Shown one piece after another: positions 1 to 8,800 of a stretch of 38,112 nucleotides of DNA. This stretch comes from a virus (taxonomy: Duplodnaviria > Caudoviricetes): the IMG/VR virus record IMGVR_UViG_3300042363_000224, positions 1-38,112 of that record, one strand, 5' to 3'. Position 1 is the stretch's first letter. Every line of letters starts with the position of its first letter. Made by a program: the position numbers and the translations under genes. The notes beneath the pieces are model-generated. The model ran no database searches and was not told the DNA's origin. It worked only from the letters and a program-made list of their open reading frames with translations.

Positions 1-77
1 AAAAAGAAGGATGTATAACTATATGTGTTACTATTTGTCCATGCTAATTATTGGAGGTTATAAATGAGAATAGATAG
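1..77. repeat. 77-bp terminal overlap, identical to 38036-38112 (circular contig)
   Basis: aaaaagaagg...agaatagatag occurs at both ends. The ORF ending at 38053 and the ORF starting at 64 join seamlessly. 77 is a common assembler k-mer length. Confidence 0.95.
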
Positions 78-900
78 AGTCAATCAGAAAATCTTTATTA
101 GACAATCATGGTTAGGTGACATGACTATCTGCCCTGAGCGTGCAAGGCTTGGTCAGATTCGCCCTGAGTTTCGGACAGGTTCCGATGCGACAATCATCGG
201 GACCGCATTGCATGCTGGCATTGAGTCGGTATTGGATGGCAGGTCATCCGAAGTTGCTGACATGTTGGAAGTTGTGAACAACGAATATGAAACGCTGGAA
301 ACAACAAATTATAAAAAGACCAACATTGACCCAGACAAAATTCCTAGTTATCTGGAGTCCATGTCACTTGCGTTTTATGATGGCATCCTGCCACATGTTG
401 AGCAAGGCGGAAAAGTAGAACACAAGTTCACATCCTCATTGGGTTTTACCATCAACGGCTACGCCGTTTATGTTGAAGGAACAATGGATTATGTTACACC
501 TAGTGGTGTTATTTGGGACTGGAAAACAGCCAGCCGCCAATACAACATCAAAGAGAAACAGAAATCCAACATCCAAGCCAGCGTTTATGCTGACGCTTGT
601 GTGTCATTAGGGTTATCACCTGAGTACCCAGTTGATTTCCGTTTCGGTGTTATGGTCCGTCAAGAGAAACCGAAATCACAAATCGTTTCCATCGTTCGTA
701 CCGAAGCGCATGGACAATGGTTGCGTCAATACATTCGTGGTGCAGTCAACACAGCAATGAACAACGGCTATGAAAACAACTGGATTATGAACGATTCTTC
801 AGCACTATGCTCGGAGTCGTGGTGCAGTTACTGGTCAATCTGTAAAGGTGCGTTTGTTCGTGCTGGAGATGACGCTTTCCCTGAGCAGTTGGATGTCTGA
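64..900 (+). CDS. PD-(D/E)XK exonuclease, Cas4/RecB(AddB)-like, probable Fe-S cluster
   Basis: N-terminal CPER, GTALH, GTMD...WDWKT, QASVY, C-terminal CSESWCSYWSIC (1+3 Cys); GGAGG SD upstream. Confidence 0.85.
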   Translation: MRIDRVNQKIFIRQSWLGDMTICPERARLGQIRPEFRTGSDATIIGTALHAGIESVLDGRSSEVADMLEVVNNEYETLETTNYKKTNIDPDKIPSYLESMSLAFYDGILPHVEQGGKVEHKFTSSLGFTINGYAVYVEGTMDYVTPSGVIWDWKTASRQYNIKEKQKSNIQASVYADACVSLGLSPEYPVDFRFGVMVRQEKPKSQIVSIVRTEAHGQWLRQYIRGAVNTAMNNGYENNWIMNDSSALCSESWCSYWSICKGAFVRAGDDAFPEQLDV

Positions 901-917
901 CATGTCCATGCTATGCT
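889..917 (+). promoter_or_regulatory. Putative sigma70/SigA-type promoter
   Basis: TTGGAT-N17-TATGCT with an extended -10 TG at 909-910. Confidence 0.45.
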
Positions 918-931
918 TTAGTCTAGTTCAC

Positions 932-973
932 GAACGACACGGCTCGGTCACCTCCAGTCAAGTCGTGTCGTTC
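932..973 (+). promoter_or_regulatory. 13-bp leader hairpin with anti-SD (CACCTCC) loop
   Basis: gaacgacacggct (932-944) pairs with agtcgtgtcgttc (961-973); loop is cggtcacctccagtca. Confidence 0.7.
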
Positions 974-1011
974 ACTAATGTAATACCAAACCAACAAGCA
1001 GGAGGCTTGAA

Positions 1012-1470
1012 ATGAATACCATCAGTAAAGACCAATCCATAATCACACAGGTGGCTGCAAAAATTGCTGCCGACCTGACACCTAAGACAGATGACATTAT
1101 GACGAACATCGCTAATTGGGCGATGGCGTTTGATGCCACTACTGATGCCCTGTTGCAAAAGCATGGCATGACCTCAGGTGGTATGACCGAACAAGAAGTA
1201 ACACAGGCTGTTATTTCAACCTTCGGTGCAACAGAAGCACCAGCACCACAGTGGGCTAAAGAAGCATCTGCACCAGCAGGTGGCTTTCAGGTCCGTATCA
1301 AAGGTCAGCAACACGGTCCAATTCCAGCATGGCTACATGCAGAATGTGCCAAGGTTGGCGTAAACGAAGTGTGGGACAACCGTGACGGTTTGCAAGCAAA
1401 CCCTAAGCGACCTTGGTTCAAAGCCGTAACAGGCGACAAGGCGTTTTGGGAACCACGAGCAAAACGATAA
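1012..1470 (+). CDS. Putative ssDNA-binding protein with C-terminal PDF-like motif
   Basis: C-terminal WDNR...NPKRPWFK...KAFW resembles the WDNR..NPK.PDFK motif of plant OSB proteins; lies between exonuclease and helicase; strong SD. Confidence 0.55.
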   Translation: MNTISKDQSIITQVAAKIAADLTPKTDDIMTNIANWAMAFDATTDALLQKHGMTSGGMTEQEVTQAVISTFGATEAPAPQWAKEASAPAGGFQVRIKGQQHGPIPAWLHAECAKVGVNEVWDNRDGLQANPKRPWFKAVTGDKAFWEPRAKR

Positions 1471-1476
1471 ACAAAC

Positions 1477-2559
1477 ATGACACCTGCTCCTGATTACACG
1501 GAGCGTTGGGCAAAGATTGGACGGGGCGAGAACATCGCCCCGTCCGATTTGTCTATAACGCCAAAATTCAATTACTTTACGCCACTTGAAAAAGCGGCTG
1601 ATGATTATGTCCATTGGGCGCAAACCCCACACGAACGAGTTTACACAGGCTTCGCTGACATTGATTCAGAGATGCGAGGGATAGCACCAGCAGAACTATG
1701 CCTAGTGAACGGCTACTCACATAGCGGTAAAACACTGGCATTGCTACAGATACTTGTAGCGAACAAAGACAAACGAGTTGTGTACTTCTGTCCCGATGAG
1801 CCACGCACACTAACACTCATAAAGTTAGCGTGTGTAGTCCATGGTGTTGATGCGAACCAGTTGGAACAACAAATCGCCAACAATGACCGTCAAGCCATAA
1901 ATCTGTTGAAAGACACAGCACGAGAACACTTCCCGAACCTAGCGGTATTTGACCAAACAGTTTCACTGTTGGACATGGAACGCTCGTTGTCAGAAGTATC
2001 GGATGCGATTGGTGACCCACAACTTATTGTTGTTGACTACTTGGAACTGTTGACAGGTGCTGGCGAGGATGTTCCATCCAAAGCCAACGCAATCAAAGCG
2101 TTCGGTAAACGCCACAACAAGCCTTTGCTTGTGTTGCACCAGTCATCACGGTCATCGGGTGCTGATGGAAAGAAAATGACTATCAGTTCAGGTGCATATG
2201 GTGGCGAACAGCAAGCGACACACATCATTGGTGTACGCCGTAAACGGTTTGAAATTGAAGGTTACATTCGTGACCTGCAAGGCAAACTGGAGCGTTCCGC
2301 AAACACCGAAAAGATTATGGAAAAGATTGAATCACTACAGTACGAGTTGCGTATCCACATGGATACCGTCACACTCAACTTGGTGAAGTGCAAGCGTCCT
2401 GCTTCGCAGTTGCTTGACGACATGGATTTCACAATTGAATACGGAACAGGTCGTTTGCATCGTCTTGACACAGGTGTGTTGCCATGGAAAGAAACACGCC
2501 CTAGCGTGGACAATCCACTAGAACAACTAACACTTGCAGAAACCTTGGAGGACTGGTGA
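1477..2559 (+). CDS. SF4 (DnaB-like) replicative helicase
   Basis: TGFADID, Walker A GYSHSGKT, Walker B IVVDYLE, LHQSSR, GEQQAT, VKCKR. Confidence 0.85.
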   Translation: MTPAPDYTERWAKIGRGENIAPSDLSITPKFNYFTPLEKAADDYVHWAQTPHERVYTGFADIDSEMRGIAPAELCLVNGYSHSGKTLALLQILVANKDKRVVYFCPDEPRTLTLIKLACVVHGVDANQLEQQIANNDRQAINLLKDTAREHFPNLAVFDQTVSLLDMERSLSEVSDAIGDPQLIVVDYLELLTGAGEDVPSKANAIKAFGKRHNKPLLVLHQSSRSSGADGKKMTISSGAYGGEQQATHIIGVRRKRFEIEGYIRDLQGKLERSANTEKIMEKIESLQYELRIHMDTVTLNLVKCKRPASQLLDDMDFTIEYGTGRLHRLDTGVLPWKETRPSVDNPLEQLTLAETLEDW

Positions 2560-3479
2560 TACCTGACTATCTGACACAGCCATACATAACTTTGTTTCGT
2601 GGCAGAGGTGATGTCTATGGACATAATGAGGGTCGCTGTGTAAAAGAGCAGTTGACAAACGATGTGTTCCAAAAACATTTCTCAGGCGAAGCACCAATCG
2701 GTATTTATCCGATGGTCCCACACTTTGAACAGTTTTATGTGGCATGGGGTTGCGTTGACTTTGATACAGCAGACGCAGACCAAAACGCAGTCAAACTACA
2801 TGACGCACTAATGGAAGCAGGCATCGTGTCATGGATAGAGAAATCACGGTCCAAAGGATTCCATGTTTGGGTATTCGCTGAACAGGCTGTCCTTGCTGAA
2901 GATATGCGTAACATGCTGGTCGTTGCATCACATGTTGCTGAAACACCAACCACAGAAGTAAACCCAAAACAAACCACATTGAAAGCAGGACAATATGGCA
3001 ACTATGTTAGGTTACCGTATCCGAATTTGGATGACCGACAAACTGACAAGCAACGCATCTTTCACAAGAAAGATGTTGAATCGGGTTCCTTTGACAATCC
3101 GATGGTCTTTAGTGACTTTATTGAATCGGCTATGTCGCTTCGCACCTCGCAAGAAACGATTAAGCGCATCTCATCCATGTATCAGCCACCCAAGCAAGCA
3201 ACGGTTGTCGTAAATGATTATGTTTATGATGCAACTCTCAGTGAGGCTATGCAGATACTTAGCCCGTTGGGTAAGGTCATTTGGCGTGACGGACCGCTAG
3301 CAGGCAAAGACCGTTCATCTACACTGGCGAAACTGGGTCACGAAACTGTTCGCAGTGGACTGAACCCTAGTCAGACTAAGATTGTGTTGATGACAGCAGA
3401 TAAACGGTGGGGCAAATATCATTTGCGCCACGATGGTGAACTAGAAATAGACAAACTAGTAGTGAGGGTCCATTCATAA
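2556..3479 (+). CDS. AEP-superfamily primase (TOTE-primase-like domain)
   Basis: FRGRGDVY, IGIYP, CVDFD (motif I), SRSKGFHVW (motif II), GNYVRLP (motif III); 4-nt overlap with helicase. Confidence 0.8.
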   Translation: MIPDYLTQPYITLFRGRGDVYGHNEGRCVKEQLTNDVFQKHFSGEAPIGIYPMVPHFEQFYVAWGCVDFDTADADQNAVKLHDALMEAGIVSWIEKSRSKGFHVWVFAEQAVLAEDMRNMLVVASHVAETPTTEVNPKQTTLKAGQYGNYVRLPYPNLDDRQTDKQRIFHKKDVESGSFDNPMVFSDFIESAMSLRTSQETIKRISSMYQPPKQATVVVNDYVYDATLSEAMQILSPLGKVIWRDGPLAGKDRSSTLAKLGHETVRSGLNPSQTKIVLMTADKRWGKYHLRHDGELEIDKLVVRVHS

Positions 3480-4063
3480 TGACAACAATCCTTGCAATTC
3501 AAGGTGACGACTACTGTGCAATCGGTTCCGATTCACAATGGTCAGACGACTATGGGCGAGTGGGACGCATGAACCAACCCAAAGTAGTTGTCGTAGGTAA
3601 ATACCTGATAGGCGTAGCAGGAGACACCCGTGGTGCGAATGTGATTCAACATGCCTTCAACCCACCAGTACTGCCACCCAAACTACTTGGCGCAAAACTA
3701 GTAAAGTTTATGGTGTCACATTTTGTCCCTGCTTTCAAAGAATGTTTAGAAGCGCATGGTGCAGGCAGACCACAATACGATGACCAGCCAGCAAAGTCAG
3801 CAAACGAGATACTCGTTTGCGCTAACGGCACAGTGTTTCAAATTGATGAGGATTATGGAACCGAAACCGACACATGCAACCTGTATGCGATAGGGTCAGG
3901 CGCACACTTTGGTTTAGGTGCATTGCAGGCTTACACAAATGGGAAGCGTGTCGTACAAACAAATGCTAAACAGTTGTTGCTCAAATCGTTAACAGTTTCT
4001 GCAAAGTTTGATAGCGGTTCAGGCGCACCATTCCACACCTTCATACAGACTGCGAAACCATAA
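3479..4063 (+). CDS. HslV/proteasome beta-subunit-like Ntn hydrolase
   Basis: N-terminal M-T-T-I, GSDSQ, conserved Lys (PKVV), GVAG, YAIGSG. Confidence 0.85.
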   Translation: MTTILAIQGDDYCAIGSDSQWSDDYGRVGRMNQPKVVVVGKYLIGVAGDTRGANVIQHAFNPPVLPPKLLGAKLVKFMVSHFVPAFKECLEAHGAGRPQYDDQPAKSANEILVCANGTVFQIDEDYGTETDTCNLYAIGSGAHFGLGALQAYTNGKRVVQTNAKQLLLKSLTVSAKFDSGSGAPFHTFIQTAKP

Positions 4064-4560
4064 TGGGAATAGAATACTCTAAGAAGCGTTATAAACAAGT
4101 ACAAAAAAAGAAAGCCGCCATCATACCAAAGGCTGGACCAATCAAAGTAACGAAGGCTGACGGAACTGTAGAAATACAACCAGTTGACCATAAGGCTGTA
4201 CGCAAAACCATTAAAAAAGGTGAAAACAAAGCGCACAAACTTAAAGTTGACTCCAAGCCAATTCCAAAAGGTCGTCCACGAATGACCCGTTATGGTCGTG
4301 TGTTCACTCCAGCAACCACATTGCAAGCAGAAGCAATCATAGCCCAAGCGTGGAACGGACCAAAATATGAAGGTTTAGTAGAGGTTGACTGTGTTTTTAC
4401 ACCCGAAGGAACAACAGTAATTGTTACACCAGTAGAAGGAACGCAATCAAAATTGCGTGGCGACATAGATAACTATGTCAAACTATTGATGGACGGTTTG
4501 AACGGTGTTGCATGGCTGGATGACAAACAAGTAATCGTAGTCAGAGCAGAAAAGCGATGA
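4063..4560 (+). CDS. rusA: RusA-family Holliday junction resolvase with basic N-terminal extension
   Basis: PIPKGRPR and GDIDNYVKLLMDGLNGVAWLDDKQV. Confidence 0.9.
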   Translation: MGIEYSKKRYKQVQKKKAAIIPKAGPIKVTKADGTVEIQPVDHKAVRKTIKKGENKAHKLKVDSKPIPKGRPRMTRYGRVFTPATTLQAEAIIAQAWNGPKYEGLVEVDCVFTPEGTTVIVTPVEGTQSKLRGDIDNYVKLLMDGLNGVAWLDDKQVIVVRAEKR

Positions 4561-5036
4561 GCAAAAACCAATCAGATTACGACATTCCAGCACGCAAGTT
4601 TGACTTTCATACCGACCTAAAATTTGGTCACAAAGGTGAAAAACTTGTAACAGATTTCCTTGATGCCATGTCTGATGGTTCCTTTGAAGTTAAAACAGAC
4701 CGATACCGCAACGGGCGAATGGTCCTAGAAATGACTCATAATCCACGCAAAAAACTGGATGATGAGGGTAAACCGTTATGGACCCCTTCAGGGCTTGCCA
4801 TAACAAAAGCAAAATGGTGGGTATATGTTTATACCTTGGATGGCTCCTTTGTGATAGTTAGCACGGACAGAATCAAACGATACCTAAAAGCCAACAAGGA
4901 GAGATTTAATCCCAAGAAATACCACTCTTTCGCATGGTCCTCCAGCAACCCGTCAAAAGGATATTTGCTGGAACCCGAAGATGTTATGGACATGATGATT
5001 AACACGGAATACGATGAAGTACGAACCAACAAGTAA
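4557..5036 (+). CDS. PD-(D/E)XK-like endonuclease
   Basis: GHKGE...FEVKTD...GRMVLE motif; ATGA overlap with rusA. Confidence 0.6.
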   Translation: MSKNQSDYDIPARKFDFHTDLKFGHKGEKLVTDFLDAMSDGSFEVKTDRYRNGRMVLEMTHNPRKKLDDEGKPLWTPSGLAITKAKWWVYVYTLDGSFVIVSTDRIKRYLKANKERFNPKKYHSFAWSSSNPSKGYLLEPEDVMDMMINTEYDEVRTNK

Positions 5037-5337
5037 AACGGGTAAAACCGAAATAGAATTATTGATGCAACCGTTTTCGGTTACACATGATGAAACCGAT
5101 TGGGAACTAATTGAACTGATACAAGACTCACTGTCCACGCTAAGCGAAGCAGACCAAGATGCATTGCATGGCATATACTATTTGCGACAAACATATCAGG
5201 ACCTTGCAAGCGACCTTGGCATCAAAGCCAAGTCGCATGCGTGGAGGAAAGTTGATTCAGCGTTAAAGAACTTACAGAAAGCATTATTGGAAAACGAAAA
5301 GTTCGTTGAAAAAATGGGAGAAAAATATGACATCTAA
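5014..5337 (+). CDS. Sigma-70 region 4-like HTH protein (no region 2)
   Basis: LSTLSEADQDALHGIYY..QTYQDLASDLGI....AWRKVDSALKNLQKAL fits the sigma4 pattern. Confidence 0.7.
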   Translation: MKYEPTSKTGKTEIELLMQPFSVTHDETDWELIELIQDSLSTLSEADQDALHGIYYLRQTYQDLASDLGIKAKSHAWRKVDSALKNLQKALLENEKFVEKMGEKYDI

Positions 5338-5554
5338 ATATGGTGAAACAGGAACAAGATACAAGATTGGTGAGGGAGAAATTTTTGTTGACGAAAAATT
5401 TATTATCTCAACACTCATGGCACTGATATTTGCTATTTCACAATCCGATAAAGAACAAGCCGAAAAAATTGAATACCTAGCAGGGAAACTATATGACGAA
5501 ATCAAAGAAGTTGAATCTGACAACACTGAACGAACAACTGACACTCCTGCATGA
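5327..5554 (+). CDS. Hypothetical protein
   Basis: ORF; ATG 5327 preferred because it follows GGGAG. Confidence 0.6.
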   Translation: MTSKYGETGTRYKIGEGEIFVDEKFIISTLMALIFAISQSDKEQAEKIEYLAGKLYDEIKEVESDNTERTTDTPA

Positions 5555-5654
5555 AGAACTAGTACGGGCTGGCGCACCAAAAACAGCAATCAGACGGGTT
5601 GAGGACATTTCCGTATCTGTTGCATGGTTGGATAAACATGCCAAAAAATTATAA
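5493..5654 (+). CDS. Hypothetical 53-aa protein (not in ORF track)
   Basis: MTKSKKLNLTTLNEQ...LDKHAKKL fills the gap between its neighbours and overlaps both. Confidence 0.55.
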   Translation: MTKSKKLNLTTLNEQLTLLHEELVRAGAPKTAIRRVEDISVSVAWLDKHAKKL

Positions 5655-5892
5655 CCCAGACTTCAACCCAGACGACATGTCTGAACTTGAAGGCATCTTT
5701 GCTCAAATGATTGAAGATAACGAAACAGGTTTCGTTATGGAATTTATAATCAGCAAACTTGCTGCCAAAGAACTAGTTGAACTATGGCTAGAAGCATGCC
5801 TTGGTGATGGCTCGGCATTAGCGTTATCGTTAAAAGAGTACGGAAAAATTATGGCAGAATTAGCGGAGGCGTTATCTTCGGAGCCTTGGTAG
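5638..5892 (+). CDS. Hypothetical acidic protein
   Basis: ORF from MPKNY; last + strand gene, overlapping the 3' end of the convergent large gene. Confidence 0.65.
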   Translation: MPKNYNPDFNPDDMSELEGIFAQMIEDNETGFVMEFIISKLAAKELVELWLEACLGDGSALALSLKEYGKIMAELAEALSSEPW

Positions 5893-8800
5893 TTTTCTTT
5901 TCAGTATCAGGCAAATCTTTAGTTGCTGTCATACGACCAGCCTCAACCTCATTAGACAACCAATCACGAATCGTAACAGAGTTACCTACAGCCTGAGATT
6001 CCTGCTGGTCAGGACCAACATACCTGATAGGAATACCAAACCAGTTAGCAATGTTGCCCAACATACGCTCCTTGTAAGAACCCTTACCGCCAGTGAAACC
6101 ACCACTAACACGGTTCATTTGACCCAATGTTGGGATAGCATTTTGTGCAGTGTACGGAACCTTTTCGTTGATAACAAGACCACCAGTCTTAGGGTCAATG
6201 CTAACCAAAGCCTCACCACCAACAATTTCTGCGATAGTAGCCAAAACATATTTATCAACAACACCTTCAGCAGGAACCTTGGTGTCCTTGAACGGTCCAA
6301 CATCAATACCCAACTGACGGTTAGCAATAAATTCGGCAGGCAACTTTATAACAGGCGCAAGTTGACCAATCAACTTTGCAGGATTAGTAAAAGACTCCAA
6401 CTGTTGTTGCAAACGAACCATAGGCAAGTCAGGTGTCATAACCCACTGACCACCCTTCTTTGTCATAGGAATATCAAACGGCAAGAACGGAACATTTCTA
6501 TCCTCTTGGTCAACACCAGCAAACGCAATCGGATTATAGTCAGCCAACCATGTTGGCATCAAAATGTCTGCACCAACAGGTGACGCTTCAACAACACGAT
6601 TATAAGTGTTGTACGCTGACGGATGCACCAACTGTTCAACCATCTGCAACGGCACATTTCGGCTTGTCCAAATCCAAAAAGGAATAAACCTACGAGCAGC
6701 CTCATCAAAAGCAGACAAATCACTATAATCAAAATGGTAACGAACAAGACGAGCGACACCCTCATCATAAGTTTGTCCACGCTTCAACGAATCAATTGCC
6801 ATTGGGAAACGCACAGCCCGTTCAACAAAATCGTTTTTGCGACTAATAAACTGTGTAGCCTTGTTGTTGATAATCTTTTCGCTTATCTTTCCACGCAACG
6901 CTACGCTTGCGAGGTCATCAGAAACACCACGACCTGAAGCCTCAGTCATCTTCCATGCCCTTTGATACAGGTCACGCTCAGCAGGGTCCAACTTGGACAA
7001 GAAACGCATCCAAGCATCTTCGCCCTTGCCAATGGCACGGGCGGCACGGAAACCGTTAATGATTTCTTCGTGACCCACACCAGCAATATGGTTCATAAAT
7101 GTTGCGGACATACCGTTACGAACAAAGAACCCGATAGTGCCAGTGGCGTAAGTTTTAAAGAACTGAACGCTGTAATCGTATGCTTGCAAAAAATTGTTTT
7201 GATTAACCTTGGAACGCAACTTCTCCAAGTTCGGTTTCCAAACACTCATAATCTCATCAGGCATCATCACACCAAGATTAGTAATCTCAGTCCAACCATC
7301 AAGAGTGTCATCAACCAAACGACCAACCAAACCACCCTTCATCAACTCCAATTGACGCTCAATGTTTGGAATCGTTACACCTTCCAGCAACGCAAGTTGC
7401 GCCTCATCGGCATGCAAAATGTTTGTGACACGCTCATACGCTTGACGAACACTAGGGTCAACAATCGTGTCAATAGAGTCCAAAGACCTAGAAACCTTTC
7501 TAGCCCAAGAAGCAGACTGCATAGCCGCCGCACCTCTAGGTGGGCGAGCAGTAACAAGTAAATGCAAATCCTGAATATCTTTAGCAAGGACAGTACCTAC
7601 CGTATTGTTCCAATCCTTCAGAACTCTTGCTTGATTCAACAACATAGGCAAACGCTCTTTATAATCAGCAACACCATCAATCTTTGGACCACCAGCAGAA
7701 CCAATACGAGGAATACCTTCAGAACGATAAACAGCCTCAATCTCGGTTTCCAACGAAGCCAACTTGCGTTCAAGTTGACCTTCCATTTTTACCAACTGTG
7801 TTTGTGCCTGCTCACGAGTAATAGTTTGCTTAACGCCACCAATCTCAATCTCAACCTTACCTGTCCGTGCTAATACTTCTTTAGCCTTTTCGGTTTTGGT
7901 CAGACGCTTAGAAGCGGCTGACTTCAAGCCACCCTTCTTTTTACCCAAAGAAGCAAGTTCTGCTCTAGCATCAGCACTATTAAGTACAGATTTTTCAAGT
8001 TGAACAATTTCTTCTTCCTTAGCGGCTTTAGCCAAACTGGTCTGCAAACTAGCCTGCTCATAATCGCCATCCAAAATGCTGTTAACAAACTTGTTGCCTT
8101 TAACAGTTTGCACAACATCGCTGGCATTACCACTTGCCCGTGGAAAATTATGGTTGTGTGGGAGAATGACAGCAAAACTGTCATCCAAAGGACCAGTATC
8201 ATCAATCAACCTAGATGGAATCAACAAACCCTGTCGTGGGTCATTCGGGTCAATGCTTCTGCGGAACGCACTAGCACCAAAAACTTCTTCCATAATTTCT
8301 CTAGCAAAAATGTCAATATCTTCAGGGTCAACCAAGTCAGGTATTTGACGGATAGCATCATCAATTGCTTCAAATACTTCAACAATTTGTTGGTCAGATA
8401 TAATGTCATTCGGGCTTAAACCCATTGTGTTAAAACGAATAGTATCAATCAACCCAGCAATCTGTGGATAGAACTCCTCTAGTTGAGGGTCATATGCGCC
8501 AGTTTCAATCAACTGGCGATATGCAACAGAAAATTCTTCACCTTCAAGTTGTAAACCTTTTCGTGATAAAGCAAAACCCAAATCATCACCAAAATTGTCA
8601 GGTGAAAAATAATCCAAGAAATCTGCTGGCTGACGCAAGTCAACCAATTCCTTTTCAGGAATAGCATGGACAGCAACCGAGTCATCACCATTAGCGAAAC
8701 CAGCATCTCGTGGGCGTGTACGAAAAGCCTTGTAACCAGCCTCCTCAGGCAAAGCAATCAGGTCATCTGACGAACCATAAATCAAACCATCATCAGCGTA

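Noticed and set aside
64-900. Cas4 as part of a CRISPR-Cas system
   Set aside because: No repeat-spacer array or other cas genes were seen; solo Cas4/RecB-like nucleases are common in phage replication modules.
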